From a virus: a DNA stretch of 39,078 bases. This document shows positions 9,123 through 17,347 of this stretch, one piece after another. Below the pieces are notes generated by a model. It had not been told where the DNA came from. It saw only the letters and a list, made by a program, of their open reading frames with translations, and made no database searches. Numbering within the stretch: position 1 is the stretch's first letter; every line of letters starts with the position of its first letter. Location of the stretch: UHGV virus genome UHGV-1859364. One strand, 5' to 3'. The position numbers were made by a program, and so were the translations under genes.

Positions 9123-10970
9123 CTATTTAAACGGCAATTCTTCTTGATCCGCTGGACTGAATCCATCAGAATCCATCGCACTGTCCAGCTTCAGCCACAC
9201 GCACCGCACCGCTTTTTTACCCATTTTTTTATTTTTGGTCTGATTCTTCCCGTCCGTCTGAAGCAGTCCGTTCTTATCCGCCCAGTTCATGAAAGCTTTA
9301 TAAGAATAGCTGCCACTTTCGCAGAGATCCTTTACTGCCTGAACGTACATGATTGCATATCCCTGGTCGATAATTCCCCACTGCTCTACATTTACAGCCG
9401 CATCAAACCGCTGGCTATTCATACTGATCTTGTCAAGCAGATACCGGTAGCATCGTTCATGCTCTGACACTTCTGACTGGCTCGCGAGAACCTTTTTTGC
9501 ACTTTCTATGTCAATATATTCGCCATCACAAAAGATCCGGTCTGTAGCGATCCGATCGGCTGTCAGGATCACGGACAGGGCTATGCTCTGCTTCTGCATG
9601 GCATCGTCCCTGTAAATTTCCTTTTGGATCTCTGCCTGCATTTCTCTGATCTGATCCACACCGATCTCTTTTATTGCTTTTACAAATTCCTTCCCGGCAA
9701 AACCGTAATTCTTTTTTAAGAAATTGGCGGTATACTGTGGATCGGCAAAAACCTTTTCTCCGCATTCTACTTCGATGATACGGTTAATTGCACCGCCTTG
9801 GGTGACGTAGGAACTTAAGGGACGCTCTCCATTGGTCAGGATGGCATTTTTCCACCGGTTCTCCTTTCGGATTCCCAGTTCTCTGTTCGACCGGCTCTTT
9901 CCCTTTCCGGAACAGAGATCATATACAACCCCCTCGAAGTTATCTTTAATCCTGGCATTGACCTTGCTTGAATCATCCAGCATCAGCGGGAGATTGTTGA
10001 GCAGATCAGACCGCACCTCCAGCTGCACGTCCGTGGTCTTAAAATCACCGATATACATACTGTCTGCTGGATTCGCCCAAACAGACGCTGCCAGCATCAT
10101 AGCAACCGTCTTTCCGCCTTCTGTCTCGCCCCACAGGTCCACGATAAACGGAAGTGCTCCCAGTAATCCGACCAGGACACTGGCAAAGGATGCTGCGAGG
10201 AAAAACTTGATTTCCATCCGGTCACGTTTCCGAAGTTCGCAGACATGATTCAACCATTCCATATAGCTTCCTTGCTGCCGGATACTTTCATACAACTGCT
10301 TGAACTGCAGATCTCCATCAAAGAGGATGTCCGTATCGTATGGTATAAAATCCCCACCAATCCATCCCAGCTTTGACGTAGATTTCTGCAATGGGATATC
10401 ATTATCATTCAAATTTTCTACATCCGACAGGTATTTAACCAACAGCTTCGCATTCTCCGAAGTTACGGAAACACCAAGCTTTGACAGACTCACAATTTTG
10501 CTGGCAGAAGATATGATATCTTTCGGTACCGTAATCTCTGTCCAACGATGATTCCGTTTGTATGCCAGTTTAATCTGTTCTTCTCCTGTTTCAAGATTCT
10601 TCAAGCGTCCAATCGGGAGGACTGGATGATAGCAGACAATGACCTCACTATCATAATCCTTATTGAATGTCCTTATGCCGTCATCTGCCGCCAGCCATGA
10701 CCCACATTTCATTGCCTCGTATTTTCCGGTAAAATCCGTCCAGTTGCTCAAAGCATTACTACTCCGTCTCTTCTTGTTCATTTCCTGCTCGACTTTTTTG
10801 TAAGCTTTTAACATCGTGTCGAATCCCTGTTTTACGCCCAGTTCCTTCGCTCTGTCCTGAAAAGAAAGCAGCATCTGTGCCTTTTTTATTTCGTCCTCCT
10901 GTTCAAAGATTTCCGTAAAAACCTCTTCTGCAAGGATACTTTTTTTATCGTATTCACTTAACTTTTTCAT
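9123..10970 (-). CDS. Replicative helicase/primase-associated ATPase (DUF927 / VirE-like)
   Basis: 615 aa with Walker A WGETEGGKT. It is translationally coupled to the upstream CHC2 zinc-finger gene, in a replication-module context. Confidence 0.7.
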   Translation of the reverse strand: MKKLSEYDKKSILAEEVFTEIFEQEDEIKKAQMLLSFQDRAKELGVKQGFDTMLKAYKKVEQEMNKKRRSSNALSNWTDFTGKYEAMKCGSWLAADDGIRTFNKDYDSEVIVCYHPVLPIGRLKNLETGEEQIKLAYKRNHRWTEITVPKDIISSASKIVSLSKLGVSVTSENAKLLVKYLSDVENLNDNDIPLQKSTSKLGWIGGDFIPYDTDILFDGDLQFKQLYESIRQQGSYMEWLNHVCELRKRDRMEIKFFLAASFASVLVGLLGALPFIVDLWGETEGGKTVAMMLAASVWANPADSMYIGDFKTTDVQLEVRSDLLNNLPLMLDDSSKVNARIKDNFEGVVYDLCSGKGKSRSNRELGIRKENRWKNAILTNGERPLSSYVTQGGAINRIIEVECGEKVFADPQYTANFLKKNYGFAGKEFVKAIKEIGVDQIREMQAEIQKEIYRDDAMQKQSIALSVILTADRIATDRIFCDGEYIDIESAKKVLASQSEVSEHERCYRYLLDKISMNSQRFDAAVNVEQWGIIDQGYAIMYVQAVKDLCESGSYSYKAFMNWADKNGLLQTDGKNQTKNKKMGKKAVRCVWLKLDSAMDSDGFSPADQEELPFK

Positions 10971-11463
10971 CTAATGGCCTGCCCGCCTCCTTTTCATATT
11001 CGTCATGCAGATACAGCTGATACTGTAGTTTGTTGTAACAATCCGTCCAGACATCAGAAAAAGGCTCTGACCTTTTCCACCAGTCCCGGTAAACATCAAT
11101 CAGGAGATTGTTCAACGACCTCCTGTCCTTTTCCCTCCGTTGCTGTTTGTCCCTCATTTTTTTTTGCTGATCCGAACGATATCGGACCAACTTTGACTGA
11201 AATGTAGGCTTCTCATATTCACCGCCAAGCAGATAGAATGCGTCTTTAAAGCTGCAACACTCCATTTTCATGACAAACGAAAAGATATCTCCGTGGGCTC
11301 CGCAGGCGAAGCAGTGAAAGTCTCGATCATAAACCTTCATGGATGCGTCCCGATCTCCCTGATGGAATGGACAGTGGATGAACCCTTTCCCGCTTGGCTG
11401 CAATCCGTAGCGGATCAATATATCTCGCATACTATATATTTCTTTGATTTCATCACTCGTCAT
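10954..11463 (-). CDS. DNA primase zinc-binding domain protein (CHC2 zinc finger), stand-alone
   Basis: CPFHQGDRDASMKVY...FHCFACGAHGD is the classic DnaG-type CHC2 zinc finger. A basic tail follows it and there is no TOPRIM domain. Confidence 0.8.
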   Translation of the reverse strand: MTSDEIKEIYSMRDILIRYGLQPSGKGFIHCPFHQGDRDASMKVYDRDFHCFACGAHGDIFSFVMKMECCSFKDAFYLLGGEYEKPTFQSKLVRYRSDQQKKMRDKQQRREKDRRSLNNLLIDVYRDWWKRSEPFSDVWTDCYNKLQYQLYLHDEYEKEAGRPLDEKVK

Positions 11464-11966
11464 AAGTCATCACTCAATATCTCTATGATTCTTTTCCCGG
11501 TATCCTTTTTGTTGCAAAATTCAAATCGGACGTTGTAGCGATCCCGGATGGTACAGAGCGATTTATATAGCTGCTCTCCGTCCACAGCTTTGGCTGACAC
11601 CACATACCGCTCCTTTTTTCCATTCACCATTCTCCATCTGACTTCATGCTTTCTCGGATTCTTCCAAAACCACACGTCTTCCAGCGATTGGATATCCGAG
11701 CCATGCTCCACAAGGATCACAAGCCGGATCCCTGCATCAATCGCCCGGATCAGTTCTTTTTTAAACCTCTCATGCTGCTGGCAGACGTTCCCACACAGCT
11801 CCTGCAGGTTCTGCTTTCGGTCGATGATGAGCCGGGGATTATCCAGGCTCATGTAATCCCCGACCAGCAGCTTGCTGGAAAAATGCCTGATGCCGTTCTC
11901 GTCAAATGTCTTGACGATCTTCTTGATCGCCCTCGCCTTTTCCCTGCTGTCTATCTGTATATCCAT
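11460..11966 (-). CDS. ERCC4-type nuclease. ATG at 11966 is preferred; the longer ORF extends to 12011.
   Basis: IQIDSREK...LLVGDYMSLDNPRLIIDRKQNLQEL fits the ERCC4/XPF pattern D-x-RE...GDY...(E/D)RK...(D/E)L. Confidence 0.6.
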   Translation of the reverse strand: MDIQIDSREKARAIKKIVKTFDENGIRHFSSKLLVGDYMSLDNPRLIIDRKQNLQELCGNVCQQHERFKKELIRAIDAGIRLVILVEHGSDIQSLEDVWFWKNPRKHEVRWRMVNGKKERYVVSAKAVDGEQLYKSLCTIRDRYNVRFEFCNKKDTGKRIIEILSDDL

Positions 11967-11979
11967 TACGATCACGCTC

Positions 11980-12591
11980 CTAATTGAATGGCAGCATCTC
12001 ATCCAGTCCATCCGGCACGTTCATGAATCCATCTCCTGCTGGAACTGCATTGACCGGATAGTTGTTGATATGATTTTTATATGCCTGTGTTTCCGTAATA
12101 TCCGGGATCGCTGCATCTGCCACCTTGTCAATCGACGTGAACCATCTCAGGACACGTTTCTCCAATTCTCTGCCGTTGTAGTAGTCCATCTGGGGCCCGT
12201 ACACTCCTCCAACTAGCTTGTTCTTGATTCCTGTAAAATCAAACGTATCATTCGCTTTCCAGCAGCTGAATCCCTTATTGGAATGCTCGATACAGGTCAC
12301 AAACGTCTTGAATGATCTGCTGCAGTTCCCGTTATCATCCTCTGTCAGAATGTACTGTGTGGCCTGATTTGGCCATTTCTTCTCCGGTCGGATATCATTC
12401 TTGAAAGCTTCCGTGAAATATCCTGCCTGCTTGTCTCCCTGAGCGAAATCAAAGAATACGACAAGCATCGGTTTGTTAGTCTTCGACATTCGCTCCTCTA
12501 CGCTCTTAATAACTATCCTGTGCCCTCCAAACTCTACAGGGGTAAATTCCCCCTGAGCCTGTGTATTTTCATAATTCTTAGGTTTCTGCAT
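11980..12591 (-). CDS. DUF669-family phage protein (SSB-like partner of Sak4)
   Basis: 203 aa lying directly downstream of the AAA_24/Sak4 ATPase. The Gp157-Sak4-DUF669 arrangement is a conserved recombination cassette in Firmicutes phages. Confidence 0.6.
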   Translation of the reverse strand: MQKPKNYENTQAQGEFTPVEFGGHRIVIKSVEERMSKTNKPMLVVFFDFAQGDKQAGYFTEAFKNDIRPEKKWPNQATQYILTEDDNGNCSRSFKTFVTCIEHSNKGFSCWKANDTFDFTGIKNKLVGGVYGPQMDYYNGRELEKRVLRWFTSIDKVADAAIPDITETQAYKNHINNYPVNAVPAGDGFMNVPDGLDEMLPFN

Positions 12592-12592
12592 G

Positions 12593-13234
12593 TTAAAAAT
12601 CCTCCAATGCTTTAAGTACTTCTACAATATCGTTATCAATTTCCGTCTGATCGAATGCCCCCATCGGTGACTTGGCTGTACTGTTATTTGCCTGAGTCTC
12701 AAATTTGTAGTGACCATCTACGCATTTACTCAGGAGCACCGTGGTGAATTTGCTTTCCAGCACAATCTTGTCCAGCTTTTTCCCGGACGTCTTGATCCGT
12801 GTGAACATATATCCATTCTCATCATGATCCGTCTGAGTGTGGGCTGTGAAGATGATCGTCAGATCATCCCTGTATGTATAGCACTCGCACACGAGATCCC
12901 ACACACACGCTGCAAGATCTACCCACTTGTCATATCCTTTTTCTTTGCTCCGACGCATCTCATCCGCAACCATAAGACCGTTGATCGTATCAACCACAAT
13001 CACCTTTACACTCGGGCAGGCTTCTGCAATACGCTTGATGTACTGGCGAACGATGGCTGCATCATCGCACGCAAAATAATTCTTATTTTCCTGGCTGTAC
13101 TGCTTTCGCCATCCTTTCCATGAAAGTCCTTTTCCGTCAGCATCGATATAATATGTAGTCTTTGGATCCAGATTTCTCATGGATGTTGTTTTTCCAGATC
13201 CAGATTCTCCTGCAATACAAATAACTTTTGACAT
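12593..13234 (-). CDS. Sak4-like AAA_24 ATPase (RecA-like recombination ATPase)
   Basis: Walker A CIAGESGSGKTT and Walker B VIVVDTI. The ATG at 13234 with RBS AGGAG is preferred over TTG at 13258. Confidence 0.8.
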   Translation of the reverse strand: MSKVICIAGESGSGKTTSMRNLDPKTTYYIDADGKGLSWKGWRKQYSQENKNYFACDDAAIVRQYIKRIAEACPSVKVIVVDTINGLMVADEMRRSKEKGYDKWVDLAACVWDLVCECYTYRDDLTIIFTAHTQTDHDENGYMFTRIKTSGKKLDKIVLESKFTTVLLSKCVDGHYKFETQANNSTAKSPMGAFDQTEIDNDIVEVLKALEDF

Positions 13235-13247
13235 ATTTTTCTTCTCC

Positions 13248-13442
13248 TTATCTATCAAATGTAATCAGATCCCTGCGAATAGACTGGACGATAATCTCGC
13301 TTACAATCCGCTTAAACGACCAGTCACTCTCGTTCGCAATATCTGCCAGTATCTCCGTTGCTTCCTGCGAGAGCCGGACTACGCCCTGCTCATTTGGTGC
13401 AATCTTTTTACCCGAAATATGTATCTTTCCATCGTCTTTCAT
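13248..13442 (-). CDS. Hypothetical small protein
   Basis: 64-aa ORF between Gp157 and Sak4. Confidence 0.4.
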   Translation of the reverse strand: MKDDGKIHISGKKIAPNEQGVVRLSQEATEILADIANESDWSFKRIVSEIIVQSIRRDLITFDR

Positions 13443-13453
13443 TGCTTATCCTC

Positions 13454-13951
13454 CTATCGAATCCTTAAGCTCTCGCTCTGTTCCAGGTGGGCAAAATCTG
13501 CCTTGTTATCCTTGAGCCATTTCTTGAGTGCTGTCTTGTCCAGCTTCGGCTGCTGTGCGATCCAGTACTCCTCCGGAATACCTTCCTCCCGGTCAATCAC
13601 TACACTTGGTGGGTTTTTCTGAATGTTAAATCCGAACAGGTCTGTCTTGAATTTCTTCTTTCCGGTTGCAATCATTGCAGACTCGATGTACTTTTTAAGG
13701 TTCTGTGCATTACTTACAAGTGCATCCCTCCTCTTCTTCAGGCGGTCAATTTCTGCATCGAGGGTGTTGGCTGATCCGTTCAGCTCCTGAATAAGCTTTG
13801 CACAATTATCTGCTTTTACTTCAATTTCGCCACCGACACCCTCCAAGGTGTCGTTTACAACTTCCTGATCCACAGAATCATCCTCAAGCAGATCTAAAAG
13901 TTCCAAATATTCCTCTGTTAATTTATACAATGTTGCCATTTCTTTCTCCAT
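13454..13951 (-). CDS. Siphovirus Gp157-family protein
   Basis: 165 aa. The coiled-coil N-terminus and the position immediately upstream of Sak4 are typical of Sipho_Gp157. A more likely start is M5 (13939), which has a GGAG RBS. Confidence 0.65.
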   Translation of the reverse strand: MEKEMATLYKLTEEYLELLDLLEDDSVDQEVVNDTLEGVGGEIEVKADNCAKLIQELNGSANTLDAEIDRLKKRRDALVSNAQNLKKYIESAMIATGKKKFKTDLFGFNIQKNPPSVVIDREEGIPEEYWIAQQPKLDKTALKKWLKDNKADFAHLEQSESLRIR

Positions 13952-13958
13952 CCTTTCC

Positions 13959-14132
13959 TTATTCGTCGTACATCCCGATGATTACTTTTATAACCTCCCG
14001 GTCTGAATACGTTGATGTGCAATTTTTATCTTCCTGCCTCATAAAAGCGATCAGTGAATCCATTTTCCCATCCTGCCGGCACAGACGGGCGTATTCTTCT
14101 GCATCAATGCAGACTTTTTCCTTTTCTGCCAT
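13959..14132 (-). CDS. Hypothetical small protein (57 aa)
   Basis: Hand-translated as MAEKEKVCIDAEEYARLCRQDGKMDSLIAFMRQEDKNCTSTYSDREVIKVIIGMYDE. RBS AGGAAG lies 4 nt upstream. It is not in the ORF track because it is under 60 aa. Confidence 0.45.
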   Translation of the reverse strand: MAEKEKVCIDAEEYARLCRQDGKMDSLIAFMRQEDKNCTSTYSDREVIKVIIGMYDE

Positions 14133-14219
14133 TGCACTTCCTTCCTTTCTTCTTTATAATGTAATTGGTTATTTTTTCTAAGTGCCTGAGAGGTTGCCGC
14201 CTCGCTACGGCACTTTTTT

Positions 14220-14381
14220 TCATGTCTGCCCGAAAGCAACACAGCAGACCATTAATGCGATGCTGAACCCGATCACGAACCAAAAGGCTCGTTCAACAAT
14301 CTTGTCGTATGTATCCGGCTGTCTTACCGGTTCTTTTGTCTGCTTTCTCTTCCTGATCTGAATTACCTTTAACTGCTCCAC
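14220..14381 (-). CDS. Hypothetical small membrane protein (53 aa, GTG start)
   Basis: Hand-translated as VEQLKVIQIRKRKQTKEPVRQPDTYDKIVERAFWFVIGFSIALMVCCVAFGQT. AGGAGG lies 8 nt upstream of the GTG. The C-terminus is a hydrophobic helix. Confidence 0.35.
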   Translation of the reverse strand: MEQLKVIQIRKRKQTKEPVRQPDTYDKIVERAFWFVIGFSIALMVCCVAFGQT

Positions 14382-14462
14382 GTTTCTCACCTCCTTTAAA
14401 TGATGTGCAGATACCTCTGTGTCGTTCCATGCAGTATCTGATTTTTCTGCAGTCTTTGCAGG

Positions 14463-14711
14463 TCATATGACCTCCCTCCCTATTCGTTCCTTTTCCTCTT
14501 CCGGGATCTTAAGAACTTTCAGAATCTCTCTCAGCTCGCCCAGTCTGATGTCTTCCGGCACACTAAATCTTTGGTACAGTGTGCTTTTCGGGATTCCTGT
14601 CAGCTTGGAAAGCTTTTCTACGCTGACACCCTCCATCACTTTTCCTGACTGGATGATGGCGATCAGCGTCCTGTTCTGACGCTCCCGGTCTGAGAGCTTT
14701 AATTTAGGCAT
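14463..14711 (-). CDS. HTH DNA-binding protein (early regulator)
   Basis: 82 aa. VSVEKLSKLTGIPKSTLYQRF is a helix-turn-helix. RBS GAGGTGA precedes it. Confidence 0.55.
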   Translation of the reverse strand: MPKLKLSDRERQNRTLIAIIQSGKVMEGVSVEKLSKLTGIPKSTLYQRFSVPEDIRLGELREILKVLKIPEEEKERIGREVI

Positions 14712-14827
14712 TCTATCACCTCGCTTCTCTTGCTTTCAGCACTTCTGCACTCCCCTTTACTAAATACACGAAAAAGCTCACTTCCATAACTTCTTCTCTC
14801 AATGAAGAACTCGCATCAACCAAGCCA

Positions 14828-14977
14828 GTCATACAACGCGAACCCAGTGAAAGCTAATGCTACGAACAGAACCCACACAGGATATATCTTGTTGTCGGGT
14901 TCTATTTTTTTCATGACCCGTACACAAAGCCCACCAAGTACCCATACTCCCAGTGTAATTAAAAGTTTGTAGTACAT
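14828..14977 (-). CDS. Hypothetical small ORF (49 aa), possibly frame-disrupted at a G4 run
   Basis: RBS GAGGTGAGGAAG is followed by ATG. The hydrophobic N-terminus MYYKLLITLGVW continues, after a GGGG run, in another frame as a second hydrophobic segment (..VLFVALAFTGFALYDWLG). Confidence 0.3.
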
Positions 14978-14982
14978 CTTCC

Positions 14983-15141
14983 TCACCTCGCTTCATCTTT
15001 CTTATCCATCGCTTCTTCTTTTTTTCTGCTCATTGCCGCAGCAGTAGCAATCGTCCCCTCGAGATATCCTCTCTCCCTCTCGCTCATTACTGGCAGCTTG
15101 TCTGCCAGCTCTTCAATTATTTTCTTTTCTTTTTCCGACAT
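14983..15141 (-). CDS. First gene of the leftward early operon (52 aa, hypothetical)
   Basis: Translated base by base as MSEKEKKIIEELADKLPVMSERERGYLEGTIATAAAMSRKKEEAMDKKDEAR. RBS GAGGTG lies 5 nt upstream. It sits directly downstream of the consensus early promoter. Confidence 0.45.
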   Translation of the reverse strand: MSEKEKKIIEELADKLPVMSERERGYLEGTIATAAAMSRKKEEAMDKKDEAR

Positions 15142-15311
15142 CTGATCACCTCGCTTTCTCGTTGCTATGAGTACATTATATGTTGCAATATGGAATTTGT
15201 CAATATTATTTTGCTATTTTGCAACATTTTGTGATTTTGCAACATTTTCTATTGCTTTTTAATTGAGAGTATAGTATAATGAAGCTCAGGAAGTGAGGTG
15301 GATACAAAATA
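15142..15311. promoter_or_regulatory. Genetic-switch region: divergent promoters with repeated TTGCAA-core operator motifs
   Basis: The minus strand has a consensus promoter, TTGACA (15198-15203), 17 nt, TATAAT (15175-15180). The plus strand has TTGCTT, 17 nt, TATAAT just upstream of the repressor RBS. The direct repeats TTTTGCAACATTTT (x2) and further TTGCAA/TTGCTA copies overlap both promoters. Confidence 0.65.
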
Positions 15312-15680
15312 ATGAATGAACGCCTGAAAAAGTTAAGAAAAGAATTAGATTTGACTCAACAAGAATTTGCTGACAGTATAGGAATAAAGAGAAGCACGAT
15401 GGCTACTTATGAAGCGGGAAGGAATATTCCTATAGACGCTGTAGTCTCTCTAATATGTAGAGAATTTAATGTTAATGAAAAATGGCTTCGGACTGGGGAA
15501 GGAGATATGTTTATTGAACTATCTCGTTCTGACGAAATTGCCCAGTTTGTTGGACAGCTCATGACTGAGGAAGATGATTCTTTTAAGAAAAGGCTTGTAT
15601 CAGGACTTGCGGCACTGGATGATAATGGATGGAAAGTATTGGAAAACTTCCTTGATTCCATCCAAATAAAAAAGGACTGA
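15312..15680 (+). CDS. CI-like repressor (XRE-family HTH), lacking a peptidase S24 domain
   Basis: 122 aa. The N-terminal HTH LTQQEFADSIGIKRSTMATYEAGRNIP is XRE-type. It is the only plus-strand gene, divergent from the early operon. Confidence 0.8.
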   Translation: MNERLKKLRKELDLTQQEFADSIGIKRSTMATYEAGRNIPIDAVVSLICREFNVNEKWLRTGEGDMFIELSRSDEIAQFVGQLMTEEDDSFKKRLVSGLAALDDNGWKVLENFLDSIQIKKD

Positions 15681-15691
15681 TTATCTCAGTC
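15664..15691 (-). terminator. Hairpin plus U-tract (minus strand) at the 3' end of the repressor gene
   Basis: GGACTGA-ttatc-TCAGTCC is flanked by A7 on plus, giving U7 on minus. The repressor TGA stop lies inside the stem. Confidence 0.45.
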
Positions 15692-15969
15692 CCATGATTC
15701 CACGAATAAAAAAATATACATTTTTCAATCGTGATTCGTCCAATTTGTCAAGCATTTCAATGATTAAAGATTTTAATTCCATATGTATGACCTCCGTTCT
15801 CATGTAGAACGCTTGTTCGAAATTCCTTAATCAGATAATACTACATTTCCTGTAGTAAATCAATAGGAAAATCGAACACACGTTCCATTTATTTGTTCCT
15901 ACATTAACAGAACAATCGAGAACGGAAATACATACGGCATTTTAATCAATCGTCCGGTATACCGGACAC

Positions 15970-16167
15970 TTATTCAGAATCAGGATCAAAAAGGTCTGTA
16001 ATATTACATTTCAGACCAACAGCAAGCTTTCCGAGCGTCCTGATTCGTGGATTAGAGTCTTCACGCATACATTCCTGTATGGTAGAACGTGGAACTCCTG
16101 ACATTAAGGAAAGCTGACGTACAGATAGATTTTTTTCATACATGATTTTTGCTAATAATATTTTCAT
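15970..16167 (-). CDS. Small XRE-family HTH regulator
   Basis: 65 aa. LSVRQLSLMSGVPRSTIQECMRE is an HTH. It is followed by the 16-bp perfect palindrome GTCCGGTATACCGGAC (15952-15967). Confidence 0.6.
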   Translation of the reverse strand: MKILLAKIMYEKNLSVRQLSLMSGVPRSTIQECMREDSNPRIRTLGKLAVGLKCNITDLFDPDSE

Positions 16168-16294
16168 GCTATTAGTATTGGTAAATATTTTAAAAATATA
16201 TCTGTAAAATTATGGTATATTCGGCTTTGCCGTTTATATACGAAATCTTGTGGTGTAACTAAGAGGAACGGGACAAAAGAGGAGGAAAAGTTTT

Positions 16295-17167
16295 ATGAAA
16301 AAGATTTTGACATTCCTTTTAATTGGAATGCTTATGCTGTCCTGCACAGCTCTAACGGGATGTGGCAAAAAAGAAAGTTCAAAGACAGAATATACTATGG
16401 ATGAGTTCGCTGATATGTATAACGAAACTCAATCGCTTTTTAAAAAAGAAGCTGAAAAAGCATACCTTACTGATGAGGAGCGTTATTCAGAAAAAGGACA
16501 ACAGCTTTATAAAAAATGTTCCGAAAAGACTGGCTTGCCTTTTGACAAAGAACTTACTCTTCGTGGTGTAAAATATCAGGGATACGACTGTGTAAATCTG
16601 AAATCCAATGATGAAAAGACTTCCGTTGAATGTTTCTTTGCCCAGTCTGTTGATAATTTTTGGATATTGATACCTGATGGAACTACGATTTCAATCAAGG
16701 GAACTTTTTCACCGGAATCAGCCCCTGGGGCTTATGGGACGCTGTGTGATGTAAGACTTGTGTCTCCTGATATTGACATCAAATATGAACCTACGGACAT
16801 TAAAGACGCATTAAAAGTAATCACTAATGAGCAAGGTTATGAGAGCGACATTATTATTGAAGGCGAAATTTCTGAAATCATGACCCGTGATGAAGTGGAA
16901 GAAATAGTGGGCGGGTATGTTGATATCTCTTCTGCATTGCATGACGATGCTGCACTGATAAAGGGCGAGGATGGGAGTATTATTATCTTTTATGACAAAA
17001 CCTTTACTGGTGAACTGACTGCCGGGGATAAAATAGCTGTTCAGGGAGCGTTGCAAAATGGATTCGGATATGAAAATCCTGCTACAAAAAAATATTCCTG
17101 CCTAATAGGTGTGATGCCTGATGTTGATAATTGCTACAACTTTACAGCACATCAAGACGATGAATAA
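16295..17167 (+). CDS. Lipoprotein moron (candidate lysogenic-conversion or superinfection-exclusion protein)
   Basis: The signal peptide MKKILTFLLIGMLMLSCTALTGC carries the lipobox LTGC. RBS AAGAGGAGG and an extended -10 (TGgTATATT) lie upstream. It sits between integrase and repressor, the slot used by Ltp-type exclusion lipoproteins. Confidence 0.75.
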   Translation: MKKILTFLLIGMLMLSCTALTGCGKKESSKTEYTMDEFADMYNETQSLFKKEAEKAYLTDEERYSEKGQQLYKKCSEKTGLPFDKELTLRGVKYQGYDCVNLKSNDEKTSVECFFAQSVDNFWILIPDGTTISIKGTFSPESAPGAYGTLCDVRLVSPDIDIKYEPTDIKDALKVITNEQGYESDIIIEGEISEIMTRDEVEEIVGGYVDISSALHDDAALIKGEDGSIIIFYDKTFTGELTAGDKIAVQGALQNGFGYENPATKKYSCLIGVMPDVDNCYNFTAHQDDE

Positions 17168-17169
17168 TT

Positions 17170-17200
17170 AAAAAACCGCCCCTTCGCCAAAAGGAGCGGC
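17170..17200. terminator. Hairpin after the lipoprotein gene (U-tract only on the minus strand)
   Basis: CCGCCCCTT-cgccaaa-AAGGAGCGG, with A6 upstream on the plus strand. Confidence 0.3.
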
Positions 17201-17347
17201 ACTGGAAGCACACGCCAATGTGCTTATCGAATACCTCCGAAGAGATACACTTCAAATCCAATGAATATTGTATCATCTTCGGACAGCCACTGCAAGTGGA
17301 ACACACGTTCCTCGCTGGCTGTTATTTTTATACTAGGAGATGATAAT

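Noticed and set aside
15680-15782. Apparent 33-aa minus-strand ORF (MELKSL...) with a GGAGG RBS
   Set aside because: On careful base-by-base translation the frame does not stop at the hairpin. It reads through the terminator stem antisense into the repressor gene for ~60 codons, so it is most likely not a real gene. My first pass had dropped one A of an A-run.
17261-17347. Longer integrase N-terminus (MNIVSSSDSHCKWNTRSSLAVIFILGDDN...)
   Set aside because: No RBS lies upstream of 17261. A strong AGGAGA RBS precedes the ATG at 17348 (MATAKKL), which gives a typical integrase N-terminus.
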